Source of the DNA: Nitrospinaceae bacterium
GTDB lineage: Bacteria; Nitrospinota; Nitrospinia; Nitrospinales; VA-1
Length of the DNA stretch: 53,665 bases
Assembly: GCA_046754465.1 (NCBI GenBank)
Contig: JBHHVU010000017.1
Coordinates: 1-53,665, forward strand
Direction of reading: 5' to 3'
A program made the position numbers and the translations under genes. Shown here in pieces: positions 11,523 to 21,292 of this stretch. Under the pieces are notes generated by a model that searched no databases, was not told the origin of the DNA, and saw only the letters and a list, made by a program, of their open reading frames with translations. How positions within the stretch are numbered: the first letter of the stretch is position 1; the number at the start of each line of letters is the position of its first letter.

Positions 11523-13027
11523 CCCTATCCGGCAAAAACCTCGCTGCCGCCCTGAAACCGGACACCCATGCCAAGGCTCTGGTCTATATTTTTCTCACCG
11601 GACTTGCCTTCCGGCTCTGGGGAGTCACCCATCCGCTTCTTGATTTTCACAGTTGGAGGCAGACCCTGACCGCCACCATCGCGAAAAATTTTTATGCCGG
11701 GGACATGAATATTCTTCACCCCGCCACGAACTGGGCGGTGGAATATTATGAATTCGAGTTTCAAATTTATCCCTTCCTCGTCGCCCTGCTTTACCGGGTT
11801 TTCGGATTCCATGACATGATCGGGAGAGCCGTCTCCATCGCGTTTTCCCTGGGGTCCATGGGGATGCTTTACCTCCTGGCCAAACGGTATTTCGATAAAA
11901 CCACCGCCGCCTTCGCCATCGGCTGTTTCGCGCTTCTCCCGATGTCCATTTATTACACCCGGGCTTTCATGCCCGAATCGGCCATGCTGTTTTTTTCCAT
12001 CGCGATGGTCCATTACTTCACGCGGTGGCTGGACACCCAAAGGTGGCGGGATTTTTTTTGGGCCGCGCTCTTCACCACGCTGACGTTCCTGATAAAGCTT
12101 CCCGCCCTTTACATGGGAGGCCCCCTCCTTTTCCTGGCGGCGTTGAAATTCCGGAGCCGGATCTTCACTCAGTTCCCCGCATACCTCTTCCTGGTTCTCA
12201 CACTGGCTCCGCCCATCCTGTGGTACGGTCACATGGCCGATCTGCACGCCCAGGCCCATGGGGGAGAGAGCATCTGGCTCGGGAACGATAAATTGGCCAA
12301 TCAACAAATCCTTCTGGATTACCGGTTTTACAAACTGATCTTCTGGACCCGCCTGGTGGAAAAAATGTTCGCCTTCACCGCGTTTCCCCTACTGGTGCTG
12401 GGATTCGCGGCCAGGGTGGACCGCAAGGAACAGGCCGTGTTCCACGTCTGGTTCTTCTGCGTGTGCGCGTATTTTCTGATCGCGGCGGTGGGAAACAAAG
12501 TCCACGAATATTATCAGTTACCCATCATTCCTCCCGGTTGCGTTTTTGTCGGCAGGTTTTTAAGGAATTTTTTCGCGGAGGACAAAAATCGTCTGAAGGG
12601 AAAACCGGATTTCAAAACGGGACTGGTCCTGCTCATGATCCTTTTCATCCCGTTGCACTCGGTCTACAAATTGAACAAGCGGTTGAGATATTCCACCGAC
12701 TATATCGCAATCGGGGCCACGCTCAAGGAAAACACCCCGAAAGATGCGCTGGTCCTGCTTCAGGATATCGGATCGGGCCGGCCTCACGTTTTTTATTACG
12801 CCGAAAGAAAAGGATGGACGCTGGGTTGGGTTCCCAAGCTGGGTCCGGATGAAATTAAAAATTTCATGGCCCGGGGCGCCACCTACTATGGTGTGGTGAA
12901 ACTGGATTTACAGAAAGCCAACCGAAAGCTGTACGATTACCTCGCCAACCGGCACCGGCTGGCCGCCCGGAATGATCTGTTCACGCTTTTTGAATTGCAG
13001 GGGAAACCCTCGATCCCGATGAATTGA
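11519..13027 (+). CDS. ArnT/PMT-like (GT-C fold) integral membrane glycosyltransferase
   Basis: Many TM helices, 'HSWRQTLTATIAKNFY', 'YYTRAFMPES'; 4-nt overlap with the oleC-like gene. Confidence 0.8.
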   Translation: MTLSGKNLAAALKPDTHAKALVYIFLTGLAFRLWGVTHPLLDFHSWRQTLTATIAKNFYAGDMNILHPATNWAVEYYEFEFQIYPFLVALLYRVFGFHDMIGRAVSIAFSLGSMGMLYLLAKRYFDKTTAAFAIGCFALLPMSIYYTRAFMPESAMLFFSIAMVHYFTRWLDTQRWRDFFWAALFTTLTFLIKLPALYMGGPLLFLAALKFRSRIFTQFPAYLFLVLTLAPPILWYGHMADLHAQAHGGESIWLGNDKLANQQILLDYRFYKLIFWTRLVEKMFAFTAFPLLVLGFAARVDRKEQAVFHVWFFCVCAYFLIAAVGNKVHEYYQLPIIPPGCVFVGRFLRNFFAEDKNRLKGKPDFKTGLVLLMILFIPLHSVYKLNKRLRYSTDYIAIGATLKENTPKDALVLLQDIGSGRPHVFYYAERKGWTLGWVPKLGPDEIKNFMARGATYYGVVKLDLQKANRKLYDYLANRHRLAARNDLFTLFELQGKPSIPMN

Positions 13028-13879
13028 TGAAAAGCGGCATCCTTTCCTCCAACGGGCCGGGGGTTCCCCTTTCCCAACGGAGGACAGGAAACATCGCGGG
13101 CCGCCGATTCTTCCGGCAAGTTTTTAAAATAGCCTCCTGGGCATCCTGCCAGCCTCCCGCACTCCTCCTAACGCCCTGCATTTCAAAACCGGTCCTCTTG
13201 CCGTTGCGCGTCTTCTCCACGGTCTCACGCACCCCTCGCTATATATCCCTGGATATTTCGCTCATGAACCTATATAATGTTTTCAATCCTGGATTCACAG
13301 CTTCCCCGGATACATGTTCTCTTTGAAAGAGGATCCTCCTTCTGGTTGGTGGTCTTTGGTTTCCCAAGAACCCAGATCATACAGACCCCTTGAAGGACCT
13401 GCCTGGAATGGTTCCATTCCAATGTGCGAAAAATAGCGTACATTATCAAAGAGAGGACACTTGACTGCCCGTCCGGTGCTTCGCCCCTCCGTTCAACCGA
13501 TAGGGATTTACGAGTCTTTTCCACATAAAGCTAAAGCTGGATTAAACCTCGCTGGGGGGTCGCCAAGGGAAAGGTATTGTGGCGAACTGTTTCCCAAAAC
13601 CGGTTTTATCGTAACTAGCTTAATGGGCGATCCCAAAAAGTGATTCGATTTTAAAACCAATGGGAAACCGCCGGGCTATGGACCCAGGAAGGCAAGATCG
13701 CTTCAACTGGACTTTCCTGTCATTTTTTTCGAGATAACTGAATCCGCCCGCAAGTTTTTGCCTTAGCGCGAAACCCTGGACCCTGTTTCCTCTTCGGGAT
13801 AATTGATTGGAATTGGAGCGGCGGGGTTTTCCCTGAAAAAATGCATCTATGGCAAGAGCATAAAGGAGGCATATAAATT

Positions 13880-15103
13880 ATGGGTGATATTAAAGACGAT
13901 ATTGTCAGAGTTGGGGACGGCAGTTCCTTGATCCAGGATATTCGCTCCTACCGGGAAAAGACTTCGCAAAATATTTTCTCGCCCTTCGATACCCGCAAGC
14001 GCGAAGTTGGCATCGAGGGGGACAAGGCTCATTCACTTACGGCGCACCTGTCTGATTTTCATCAAAATGACCAACCGGCATCCCCGGTCCAAAACCAATC
14101 GCGGCACGTGCTTGGCATAATTGAAGAGTTCGATAACAACCATTTGCCCTATGTCGCCGCATGTAAGGAATTGGGGGTGCGTTACAAGATAATCGATATT
14201 TCAGGCCCTGATGGGATACAAGTGGTTAGGGACTGCGGATGCAACGCTTTTCTTACGTGGCCTTCCTTCAAGGTGAGCATTTGGAAACGCATGTTCGACG
14301 AGCGGCTAAAGGTCATGGCCGAGGAAATGCACCAAACCATTTACCCGACCTGCAATGAAATGTGGCTGAATGAGAGCAAACTGCGGATGTCTTATTGGCT
14401 GGAGGCTAACGGAATCCCTCACTGCAGGACATGGGTGTTCTATACGAGAGGGGAGGCTCTGGAGTTTGCTCAAAATGCCGATTTGCCGCTCGTGGCGAAG
14501 TGCGACATGGGTTCCAGGAGCGCGGGGGTGGAAATTCTCCGAAGCCGGTCCGCGGCCGTACGCTATGTCCTTCAACGTTTCGGAAAAGGGATGGTCTGTC
14601 GAGGCGCCGATGACCGGGATCGTGAATGGGGCAGCGTTTTTTTCCAGGAATTCCTTCCGGAAGCCGCCGAGTGGCGGATGATTCGAATTGACGAGTCATA
14701 TTTCGGCCATCAGAAGCTCAAGGGAGGGGAATTCCACAGCGGCTCTGGCAAGGTCGGGTGGCTGGATCCCCCTCGGACGCTGTTGGATTTCGTTCGGGAG
14801 CTGACTGACAATGCCGGATACACGGCGATGAATGTGGACATTTTTGAAACTCCCGACGGGCGTTATCTCGTCAACGAGATTCAGTCGCACTTCGCGGCAT
14901 ACTTGGAGTCTCAAATGTATATTAATGACAGGCCGGGCCGATATCTATATGACTATTCCGACGGAGAATGGCGATTCGAAGAAGGTGTTTTCTGCAGGAA
15001 TAGTTGCTGCAACCTGCGGGTAAAGGCGCTCTTGAAGTTGCTCCGTCAACGGGCTTTTCCATCATCGTTTAGAGAGGAACGCTTGCCATCACCGTCCCGA
15101 TAA
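13880..15103 (+). CDS. ATP-grasp fold (RimK-like) ligase
   Basis: 'ESKLRMSYWL...GIPH', 'LPLVAKCDMGSRSAGV', 'FQEFLP', 'VDIFE...YLVNEIQ'; AAGGAGG RBS. Confidence 0.75.
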   Translation: MGDIKDDIVRVGDGSSLIQDIRSYREKTSQNIFSPFDTRKREVGIEGDKAHSLTAHLSDFHQNDQPASPVQNQSRHVLGIIEEFDNNHLPYVAACKELGVRYKIIDISGPDGIQVVRDCGCNAFLTWPSFKVSIWKRMFDERLKVMAEEMHQTIYPTCNEMWLNESKLRMSYWLEANGIPHCRTWVFYTRGEALEFAQNADLPLVAKCDMGSRSAGVEILRSRSAAVRYVLQRFGKGMVCRGADDRDREWGSVFFQEFLPEAAEWRMIRIDESYFGHQKLKGGEFHSGSGKVGWLDPPRTLLDFVRELTDNAGYTAMNVDIFETPDGRYLVNEIQSHFAAYLESQMYINDRPGRYLYDYSDGEWRFEEGVFCRNSCCNLRVKALLKLLRQRAFPSSFREERLPSPSR

Positions 15104-15152
15104 TTCTTACGCGAAACGATAGTTTGAACTTCAACATAGGAGAAGAAATGTA

Positions 15153-16277
15153 TTGAAAATCACGATCATCGGAGCTGGAAACGCCGGCTTGACGCATGCG
15201 GCGATGATAGCGAAACGAGGCCATTCGGTCACCATTGTAAAAACAACGCGTCTGATGTACGAAGACTCCTTTGAAGAATTGCGCCGGACAAAACAAATAG
15301 AATACGAGAAGGACGGCGGCAAGGGCGCGGTTGGCATTGAAGAAGCAACGCGGGATCTCCCAAGAGCTGTTTCCCAGGCGGATGTAATTCTCGTCTTGAC
15401 GCAAAGCGTCGCCCACGAAAATCTTTCCGAATGGATCTCGCCTCATCTGCGGAGGGGACAAATTCTGCTTGTCTCGCCAGGTTATGCAGGAAGTTTCTAT
15501 TTTTCGGAAAAATGCAAGGGCAAAGGTATCGTGTTCGCCGAGGGCGAATCCTTGCCGTTCGATTCCCGAATCGTGGGGCCGGGGAAGGTCAGAATTTGCT
15601 TCGAAAACATCCGCAATCCCATCGGTGTATTCCCTTCCATAAAAACCGGGGAAACACTAATGTGTCTGAAGGAGATTCTGCCCGGGTACGTGGCCCGGCA
15701 GGACGTGTTAGAGTCGGCTTTTCACAATCCCAACCTCATCGTCCATATCGTGGGCGCGATAATGTCCGTTGGCCGCATTGAATTCAGCAAGGGCGAATTT
15801 TGGATGTATCGCGAGGCCTTTACTCCCACGATCTGGAATATGGTGGAGGATTTGGACTCGGAAAAGAAGGCGATTCTGGAATATTTCGAATTGCCGGCGC
15901 AGAGTTTCGCGGAATCATTCCAGTTGCGGACTTCTCATGATCTCAGCGCGGACCCCATGCAAGCTTTTCGCCACTACGCTCAATTCGGGTCGCCTAAGGG
16001 ACCTGGCGACGCGCGAACTCGTTATATCACCGAGGACGTCCCGATGGGTCTGTGCTTCATGTCTTCCATTGGAAAAAAGGCGAACATTCCCACCCCTGTT
16101 TGCGATGCGCTGATCGCCATCGCCTCCTCGATGCATCAAAAAGATTACTACGCAAAGGGAAGAACGCTTGGCCAACTCGGCATTGGCCACTATTCCGTCG
16201 GTGAATTGAAGAGCATCCTCAAGGAGGGATTCACATCCGAGCCTGATGTCGTTCACCATGCGTCCGTCCCGGCTTGA
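15153..16277 (+). CDS. NAD/NADP-dependent octopine/nopaline (opine) dehydrogenase family protein
   Basis: Rossmann motif IIGAGNAG, 'NPNLIVH', 'RYITEDVPMGL', 'PTPVCDALI', 'GRTL'. Confidence 0.9.
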   Translation: MKITIIGAGNAGLTHAAMIAKRGHSVTIVKTTRLMYEDSFEELRRTKQIEYEKDGGKGAVGIEEATRDLPRAVSQADVILVLTQSVAHENLSEWISPHLRRGQILLVSPGYAGSFYFSEKCKGKGIVFAEGESLPFDSRIVGPGKVRICFENIRNPIGVFPSIKTGETLMCLKEILPGYVARQDVLESAFHNPNLIVHIVGAIMSVGRIEFSKGEFWMYREAFTPTIWNMVEDLDSEKKAILEYFELPAQSFAESFQLRTSHDLSADPMQAFRHYAQFGSPKGPGDARTRYITEDVPMGLCFMSSIGKKANIPTPVCDALIAIASSMHQKDYYAKGRTLGQLGIGHYSVGELKSILKEGFTSEPDVVHHASVPA

Positions 16278-16350
16278 AGAGTGCAAGAGACCGTCAAACA
16301 CATCGGCCGGTTGCCCAAACACCGGCAGGAGCCTCCGCGGGTCCTTTTCC

Positions 16351-17349
16351 CTAATACTGCATGGCAAAAACCAGTCCGGTTTCCGTTTTCGATATCCGGG
16401 GATAGATGGTGTAGTGGCGGCCTTTCTTGTTGCTGTTGAGTTTGATGATGGTCTTGGAAATAAAGTAACCCAGCGCCCCGCCGAAAAACACATCCGACGC
16501 CCAGTGTTTATTGTCGTTGAGCCGCTCTAAAGCCGTCAAGGTAGCGATGCCGTAGGCTATGGGGGCCACCAGCGGATAGTCGTCGTATTCAGTGGCGAAT
16601 ACCGTGGCGACGGCAAACGCGGTAATGGAATGTCCCGATGGAAAGGAAGTGCCACCCTGCCCGGGCCCTTCAAAGGTCGTGGAGTTTTCTCCGGTATTTG
16701 GACGCTCCCTGCCTACGCCGAATTTCAGGGCCGCCGCCAGGGCCCCGGTGATGGCGAAGCTCTCCAGGCTCAGAAGCGCCACCCTCTCGGCCCGATCATA
16801 TTTTAAAAAATGTCCGAATAGATAATAGGCGGCCAGCGCCGGAACCACCGTCGCGCCGTTGCCGAACCGCTCGAAGATGTCCGATAAATCATTGGTGGCG
16901 CCGGTTCGGTTGTCCTGAACGAACTCCTGAATATCATTATCCAGGGCGAAAAAAGCCCCGGTGGTCCCCAAAACCAGCCCAACTTTAAACCAATCGGTTT
17001 TATTCCAGCGCAGCGGTGACGAAATGACGTGTAACCCGTCGGTCAGAAAACCGAGAAAATAATCCGTATTTAACTGCAACTTAGGGCCATTTTTCCTGGA
17101 TTCCGAATGCCTGCTATTTCCCGCATCCGGCTGTTTCTTTTCCGCGAAAAGTTCACTCTTTTTAAAACACTCGGTTTTACAAATGATTAACGGGTCGGTA
17201 TCGAGAGAATCCATTTCCCCGATGGAGGATTCACTGAAGAAATTTATATCCGGTCCGGTATTCGACGCTTCGGCGCCCTGGAAGGTCACCATGGACGTCA
17301 ACAAGAAAAGAACCGTAACAGGCAAAATGTTAGGGAGCAATCTTCTCAA
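16351..17349 (-). CDS. PAP2-family phosphatase
   Basis: KFGVGRERP, SFPSGHS, and ERLNDNKHWASD motifs. Confidence 0.88.
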   Translation of the reverse strand: MRRLLPNILPVTVLFLLTSMVTFQGAEASNTGPDINFFSESSIGEMDSLDTDPLIICKTECFKKSELFAEKKQPDAGNSRHSESRKNGPKLQLNTDYFLGFLTDGLHVISSPLRWNKTDWFKVGLVLGTTGAFFALDNDIQEFVQDNRTGATNDLSDIFERFGNGATVVPALAAYYLFGHFLKYDRAERVALLSLESFAITGALAAALKFGVGRERPNTGENSTTFEGPGQGGTSFPSGHSITAFAVATVFATEYDDYPLVAPIAYGIATLTALERLNDNKHWASDVFFGGALGYFISKTIIKLNSNKKGRHYTIYPRISKTETGLVFAMQY

Positions 17350-17638
17350 GAACCTATCCTTCCAGGAACATCGGGCAAAACCGAAACACCAGATTTGGTA
17401 TGCGTATGTTGGGAAAGTTCAAATTTCCAATGGATTAGTATTCACTTTAATATACCTTTTGACCGCGAAATTCAAGGGAATTTACAGAAAATCAATGCTT
17501 TATAACAGAAAAACGAAGGATGGCGATATGACCGAATCGGGGGAGAGTTGGACTGTTTTCGATCCACCCCCTGCGGATTTATTGATAAGAGGAACAGGAT
17601 AAAAGGGCTACGGCAGACCCTGCCCCAGGGGGTGGGAG

Positions 17639-18754
17639 TCATTTCACTTCGCGCAAAGCGGAAAGAACGGTGTCGAGGAGGCTTTCATGAAAAAGCTTGC
17701 CGACCAGGTTTTTCCGCACCACGGCCCCGGCGCGATGAAACGCATCCAGCTCTTTTTTCCCGGGAAGCACCGACAACTTCACCCCATTGTTTTGCAGAAC
17801 CACCACCGATTGGGCGTTTTCCCGCTGAATCATGATCACCAGTTCCCGCAGGTATTTTGCACTTATTTTCTTAAGCGGCTCCCGGGTGTCCTCCGGCAGG
17901 CTGTTGAATTTCTTTTTGCTGATCAACACCCCGCCGGTGGCGTATCCCATCCGTATCCGGGACATGGTCTTCACCTTGGTGAACCATTGCAGGGCCAGGG
18001 CGCCTTGCGGGGAAGAATACACCGTGTCCACCAGCCGGGTTTGCAGGGACATCAGAACATCGGTGATCGAAAGAGGAATCGGCTTGACGCCCAGCGCCTT
18101 GTAGGTCTCCTGAACAAGCGGGTCTCCCTCCCACATCCAGGCCTTGACCCGCCTGAGATCCTCCACCGTACGGATATCGTGAGTGGAAAAAAAATGGATC
18201 CAGCCGACAGGCACCCAGCCGAGCAGGACATATCCCTTCTTCTCGAACTCAGCGGCGAAGTAATCGTTCATCTTTTCGTAGACGTGTTGAATCTGGCTAT
18301 CGGTATCGAACAGGAAGGGTAAATCCAAAACCCGGACCTGCGGAAGGATTTCCCCCAGGCCCACGCCCGTGAACCCGGCGGCATGAATCTGCCCGATGCG
18401 CATTTTCCGGATCACATCCCGTTCGTCGCCGGAAACGCCACCGGGATAAAACTTGAAACTCACCCGGCCGCCGGTTTGCTTTTTAACCTCGTCCGCGAGA
18501 CGATGTATCTCCTTCATCCAGGTGGAACCTTCGGGAGCCAGGGTGGCGAATTTGATGCGCTGGTTTTTACCGCCCGCCTCGGCGGGGCTCCCGCCCGGCC
18601 CCCCCAGGAATAAACCCACGCAAATCAGCAGGAAAATGGGGGAAAAAAGGCCCCGGCTAATTACAGAACCCCTCCGGTGAAACCACCGCTTCGGGAACAG
18701 GGTCCGGCAACTCCGGACGATTTTCCGGCGGGATTCCGGATCAAAACAGATCAT
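17639..18754 (-). CDS. dctP: TRAP transporter solute-binding protein DctP (TatP type)
   Basis: IKFATLAPEGSTW, FYPGGVSGDE; adjacent to a TatT-like gene. True start may be downstream. Confidence 0.88.
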   Translation of the reverse strand: MICFDPESRRKIVRSCRTLFPKRWFHRRGSVISRGLFSPIFLLICVGLFLGGPGGSPAEAGGKNQRIKFATLAPEGSTWMKEIHRLADEVKKQTGGRVSFKFYPGGVSGDERDVIRKMRIGQIHAAGFTGVGLGEILPQVRVLDLPFLFDTDSQIQHVYEKMNDYFAAEFEKKGYVLLGWVPVGWIHFFSTHDIRTVEDLRRVKAWMWEGDPLVQETYKALGVKPIPLSITDVLMSLQTRLVDTVYSSPQGALALQWFTKVKTMSRIRMGYATGGVLISKKKFNSLPEDTREPLKKISAKYLRELVIMIQRENAQSVVVLQNNGVKLSVLPGKKELDAFHRAGAVVRKNLVGKLFHESLLDTVLSALREVK

Positions 18755-19604
18755 CAGCCGCCTCCAGAAGGCGCCGTGCCTTCATTTTTGCCACTTCATT
18801 CGCCAGCCGCTGCCCAGGCAGAACGTCCGAGGGCGTTTTCAGCACTGTATCCAATTGCTTTTCAAAAATTTTTCGGTCCTGCACCTGGACCGCGTAGGTT
18901 TTTGCATAGAAATACCGGGTCAGCAGGAACCGGTTCGCGGTCAATTTGAGGTTTTCCTCGAAATGGCGGCGGGCTTTTTCCGGGTCGCCTCCAAGCATTC
19001 TGCTTCGAGCTCCATAGAAAATTCCCAGAAACAGGTGCGGGCCCGCGTAATGGTACATCGGGTCCAGTTCCAGAACCCGGAGCATGAGCCCTTCCACCTT
19101 GGAAATATCCGCGAAGGCCGTGGGGTTATCCAGACTCAGCATCACCCATCCGCTCCAGCATTGTCCCAGCCAGAAAAGGGCGGGAACGTTTCCGTTTTCC
19201 ATGTTGGATAACGCCGCCGCATATTTGTCCCGAGGGAGCCGGTCCAGGGAATCGATACCCGTTTCCGCCGCCAGGGCGCGCAGGGCGTAATCCTTCCCCC
19301 GGGTATACATGGCAGCGGCGCGGCGGGGCGACGTCTCTTCCAGAAAACTGAAGGCATACCCGCAAAACCCTTCCGACAAAGCCATCAGGAGGGCGCGGTT
19401 GTCCTCATCCTCCTTCAGCAGGCCTTCCATCATTTTCAGGTTGGCCGGGATGGCCCTTTCGGCCAGGAGAGGGTCCATTTCCTCCTGGATCGAGGCGTAC
19501 TGACCCTGAACCAGGGGCAGGGCCATCCGTACCGCTATTTGCCGCGTCGAACAACCCGCCAGGAAAAACAGGACCATAAAAATCAAACCCAATTTCCTGA
19601 TCAT
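18741..19604 (-). CDS. tatT: TRAP-associated TPR lipoprotein (TatT component of TPAT systems)
   Basis: Lipobox LAGC, 'GFCGYAFSFL', 'MLGGDPEKARRHFE', C-terminal 'N...K.KA..LL...DDLF'. Confidence 0.82.
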   Translation of the reverse strand: MIRKLGLIFMVLFFLAGCSTRQIAVRMALPLVQGQYASIQEEMDPLLAERAIPANLKMMEGLLKEDEDNRALLMALSEGFCGYAFSFLEETSPRRAAAMYTRGKDYALRALAAETGIDSLDRLPRDKYAAALSNMENGNVPALFWLGQCWSGWVMLSLDNPTAFADISKVEGLMLRVLELDPMYHYAGPHLFLGIFYGARSRMLGGDPEKARRHFEENLKLTANRFLLTRYFYAKTYAVQVQDRKIFEKQLDTVLKTPSDVLPGQRLANEVAKMKARRLLEAADDLF

Positions 19605-19658
19605 AGGTCGATCATGTTAGCAGAACCTGACACCCTCCTCAACCGCAACATGATTATT

Positions 19659-19687
19659 TTGACATCAATAAATCGATCTGCTACCAT
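19659..19687 (+). promoter_or_regulatory. Sigma70-type promoter
   Basis: TTGACA-17 nt-TACCAT upstream of 19784. Confidence 0.55.
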
Positions 19688-19783
19688 TCGCGAAGCATTG
19701 GATTCAAAAAGGATTACAACGATGGTCCTGCCCGGTTCCGTGAGGGAGGATGCGGGTTCGGGCCCCGTCAGGAGCCGGTCACA

Positions 19784-20008
19784 TTGGAACAGAGCGCTGA
19801 AGAAAACGGCGTGCGGTGGATAAAAATCATCCTTTTCGCGGTCGGAGGCATCCTGGTGTTGGTCGGCGTTGTCCGCCAATGGCCCATCGCGGGCAAAACT
19901 TATATGGAATTCATTGAAGGAAAAGGGTACCTTTCCCTCATGCTGGGACTCATCATGATCGTCCTGGGATTTTCAGTCCGCCTGCTGATGGGTCAAGAAG
20001 AAAAGTAG
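19784..20008 (+). CDS. Small two-TM membrane protein
   Basis: Two hydrophobic segments; AGGAG upstream of a TTG start. Confidence 0.65.
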   Translation: MEQSAEENGVRWIKIILFAVGGILVLVGVVRQWPIAGKTYMEFIEGKGYLSLMLGLIMIVLGFSVRLLMGQEEK

Positions 20009-20046
20009 CCGGCCGGGTACCCTCGTACATCCGAAGGAAATAATTC

Positions 20047-20469
20047 ATGACCGATAGCGATAACGATAGCGACATCGAAGGCGAGGGATTCATCATCCGG
20101 GACAAGCGCTCCTCCCAACTGTCCGAGGAAGAGGCCCGGGAGCAAAAAGAAAAAGAGCAAAAAGAAGACGAAAAATCCGCCGCAAAAGGCGCGGCTCCAC
20201 CGAAGAAGGAGGAGGAAGCGGGCCAGTTTCAAATCGATTTTTCCACCTTCGTTCTTTCCCTGACCTCGTCGGCGTTTTACCACCTGGGCGACATGCCCGA
20301 CCCCACCACCGGCAAAACCGAAACCAACCTGCCCGCCGTCCAGCAAACCATCGACATGCTCCTCATGCTCAGGGAAAAAACCCAGGGCAACCTCTCCGAG
20401 GATGAATCCAAGCTCATGGAACAGCTGATCTATGAACTTCAAATGAAGTTCATCGAAAAAAATAAGTAA
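20047..20469 (+). CDS. DUF1844 domain protein
   Basis: 'IDFSTFVLSL...LG..PDP...NLPAVQQTIDML.ML.EKTQGNL..DE..L...YELQMKF'. Confidence 0.85.
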   Translation: MTDSDNDSDIEGEGFIIRDKRSSQLSEEEAREQKEKEQKEDEKSAAKGAAPPKKEEEAGQFQIDFSTFVLSLTSSAFYHLGDMPDPTTGKTETNLPAVQQTIDMLLMLREKTQGNLSEDESKLMEQLIYELQMKFIEKNK

Positions 20470-20541
20470 CCCCCTTCACCCGCGTTTCCCGCAATTATCC
20501 CATTGCACCGCCGTCCCTTTACTTGAACGTTTCCTTGTTAC

Positions 20542-20625
20542 GCTTAACGGACCGCAGAAGGGGCGCGCCGCTTTTTGGCGCGGCCAATTGAGCGAAAGCG
20601 AACGAACTTGAGCACTTCGTTAGCA
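20542..20625 (-). mobile_element. Solitary, partly degenerate integron attC-like site
   Basis: Minus strand reads TGCTAAC-GAAGTGCTCAAG-TTCGTTCGCTTTCGCTC...GCGCCAAAAAGCGGCGC...CTTCTGCGGTCC-GTTAAGC (GTTRRRY core); 84 bp; begins 6 nt after the stop of a small AT-rich ORF. Confidence 0.55.
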
Positions 20626-20631
20626 AGCATA

Positions 20632-20829
20632 TTATGCGACACCTATTTTTGTTGAAATAAAGATTACTGCCTTTATTAACCAATAAAGACTGAAACCTAA
20701 ACCAATCAATAATAGAAAAAACAAACTTAATTCAAACCAACGAGGATATTTCCGTTGCATTTGGAATGGGATTGGTTCTCCAGGCCCAGATTTTGATCTA
20801 ATACATTCAACTTTTGGCGGGTTAGCCAA
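20632..20829 (-). CDS. Small AT-rich hypothetical membrane ORF, possibly the 3' remnant of a gene cassette
   Basis: One hydrophobic segment, low GC, directly upstream of the attC-like site; weak TTG start. Confidence 0.35.
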   Translation of the reverse strand: MANPPKVECIRSKSGPGEPIPFQMQRKYPRWFELSLFFLLLIGLGFSLYWLIKAVIFISTKIGVA

Positions 20830-21046
20830 ATTTCTTCAAGTAAGTCCGAGCCCACGCCAAGCGATAGGCCACCTCTGTTTGATTGCTCTTTTCAGGATTA
20901 TGTAGCATTGAAAGGATTTCTTCCGAGATGTCCTCAAGTTCGACCACTTTTTCGTAAATCTCAGCCACCGAGCCTGACCCACCGAGCTGTCGGAGGGCAC
21001 TGATGAGCGGATTCATCAATGAGTCGAATCTCGGGAGTTTCGCCAT
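20822..21046 (-). pseudogene. mrr: Truncated Mrr-type restriction endonuclease (Mrr_N winged-helix only)
   Basis: 'P.FD.LM.P...L..LGGS...YRLAWARTYLKKFG' followed by a stop; catalytic domain absent. Confidence 0.75.
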
Positions 21047-21292
21047 GGTTTTGGTTAAATTTTAAAATTGTTTATAGGGATCCGCATAATACCCCAAATC
21101 CTGTATGGATTGCCCCAAGACGCCCGCGCAAATGGGCTCGCCGAGCACAAGCAATATAATTTCCGATAGAAAATCTCTCTGATTGAGTAACCCGCCGTTT
21201 GAGGTCAGAAATTTTGCCTGAATTTGGCCCAAATGGTAACATTTATCCATCCTTCGGTGAATGGAAGTTTTATTGAGTTTGGAGGGAGATTT

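Noticed and set aside
13028..13879. Long intergenic region: possible riboswitch, sRNA or small ORFs
   Set aside because: I could not recognise riboswitch consensus elements or convincing long-range pairing; the short ORFs lack RBS or motif support.
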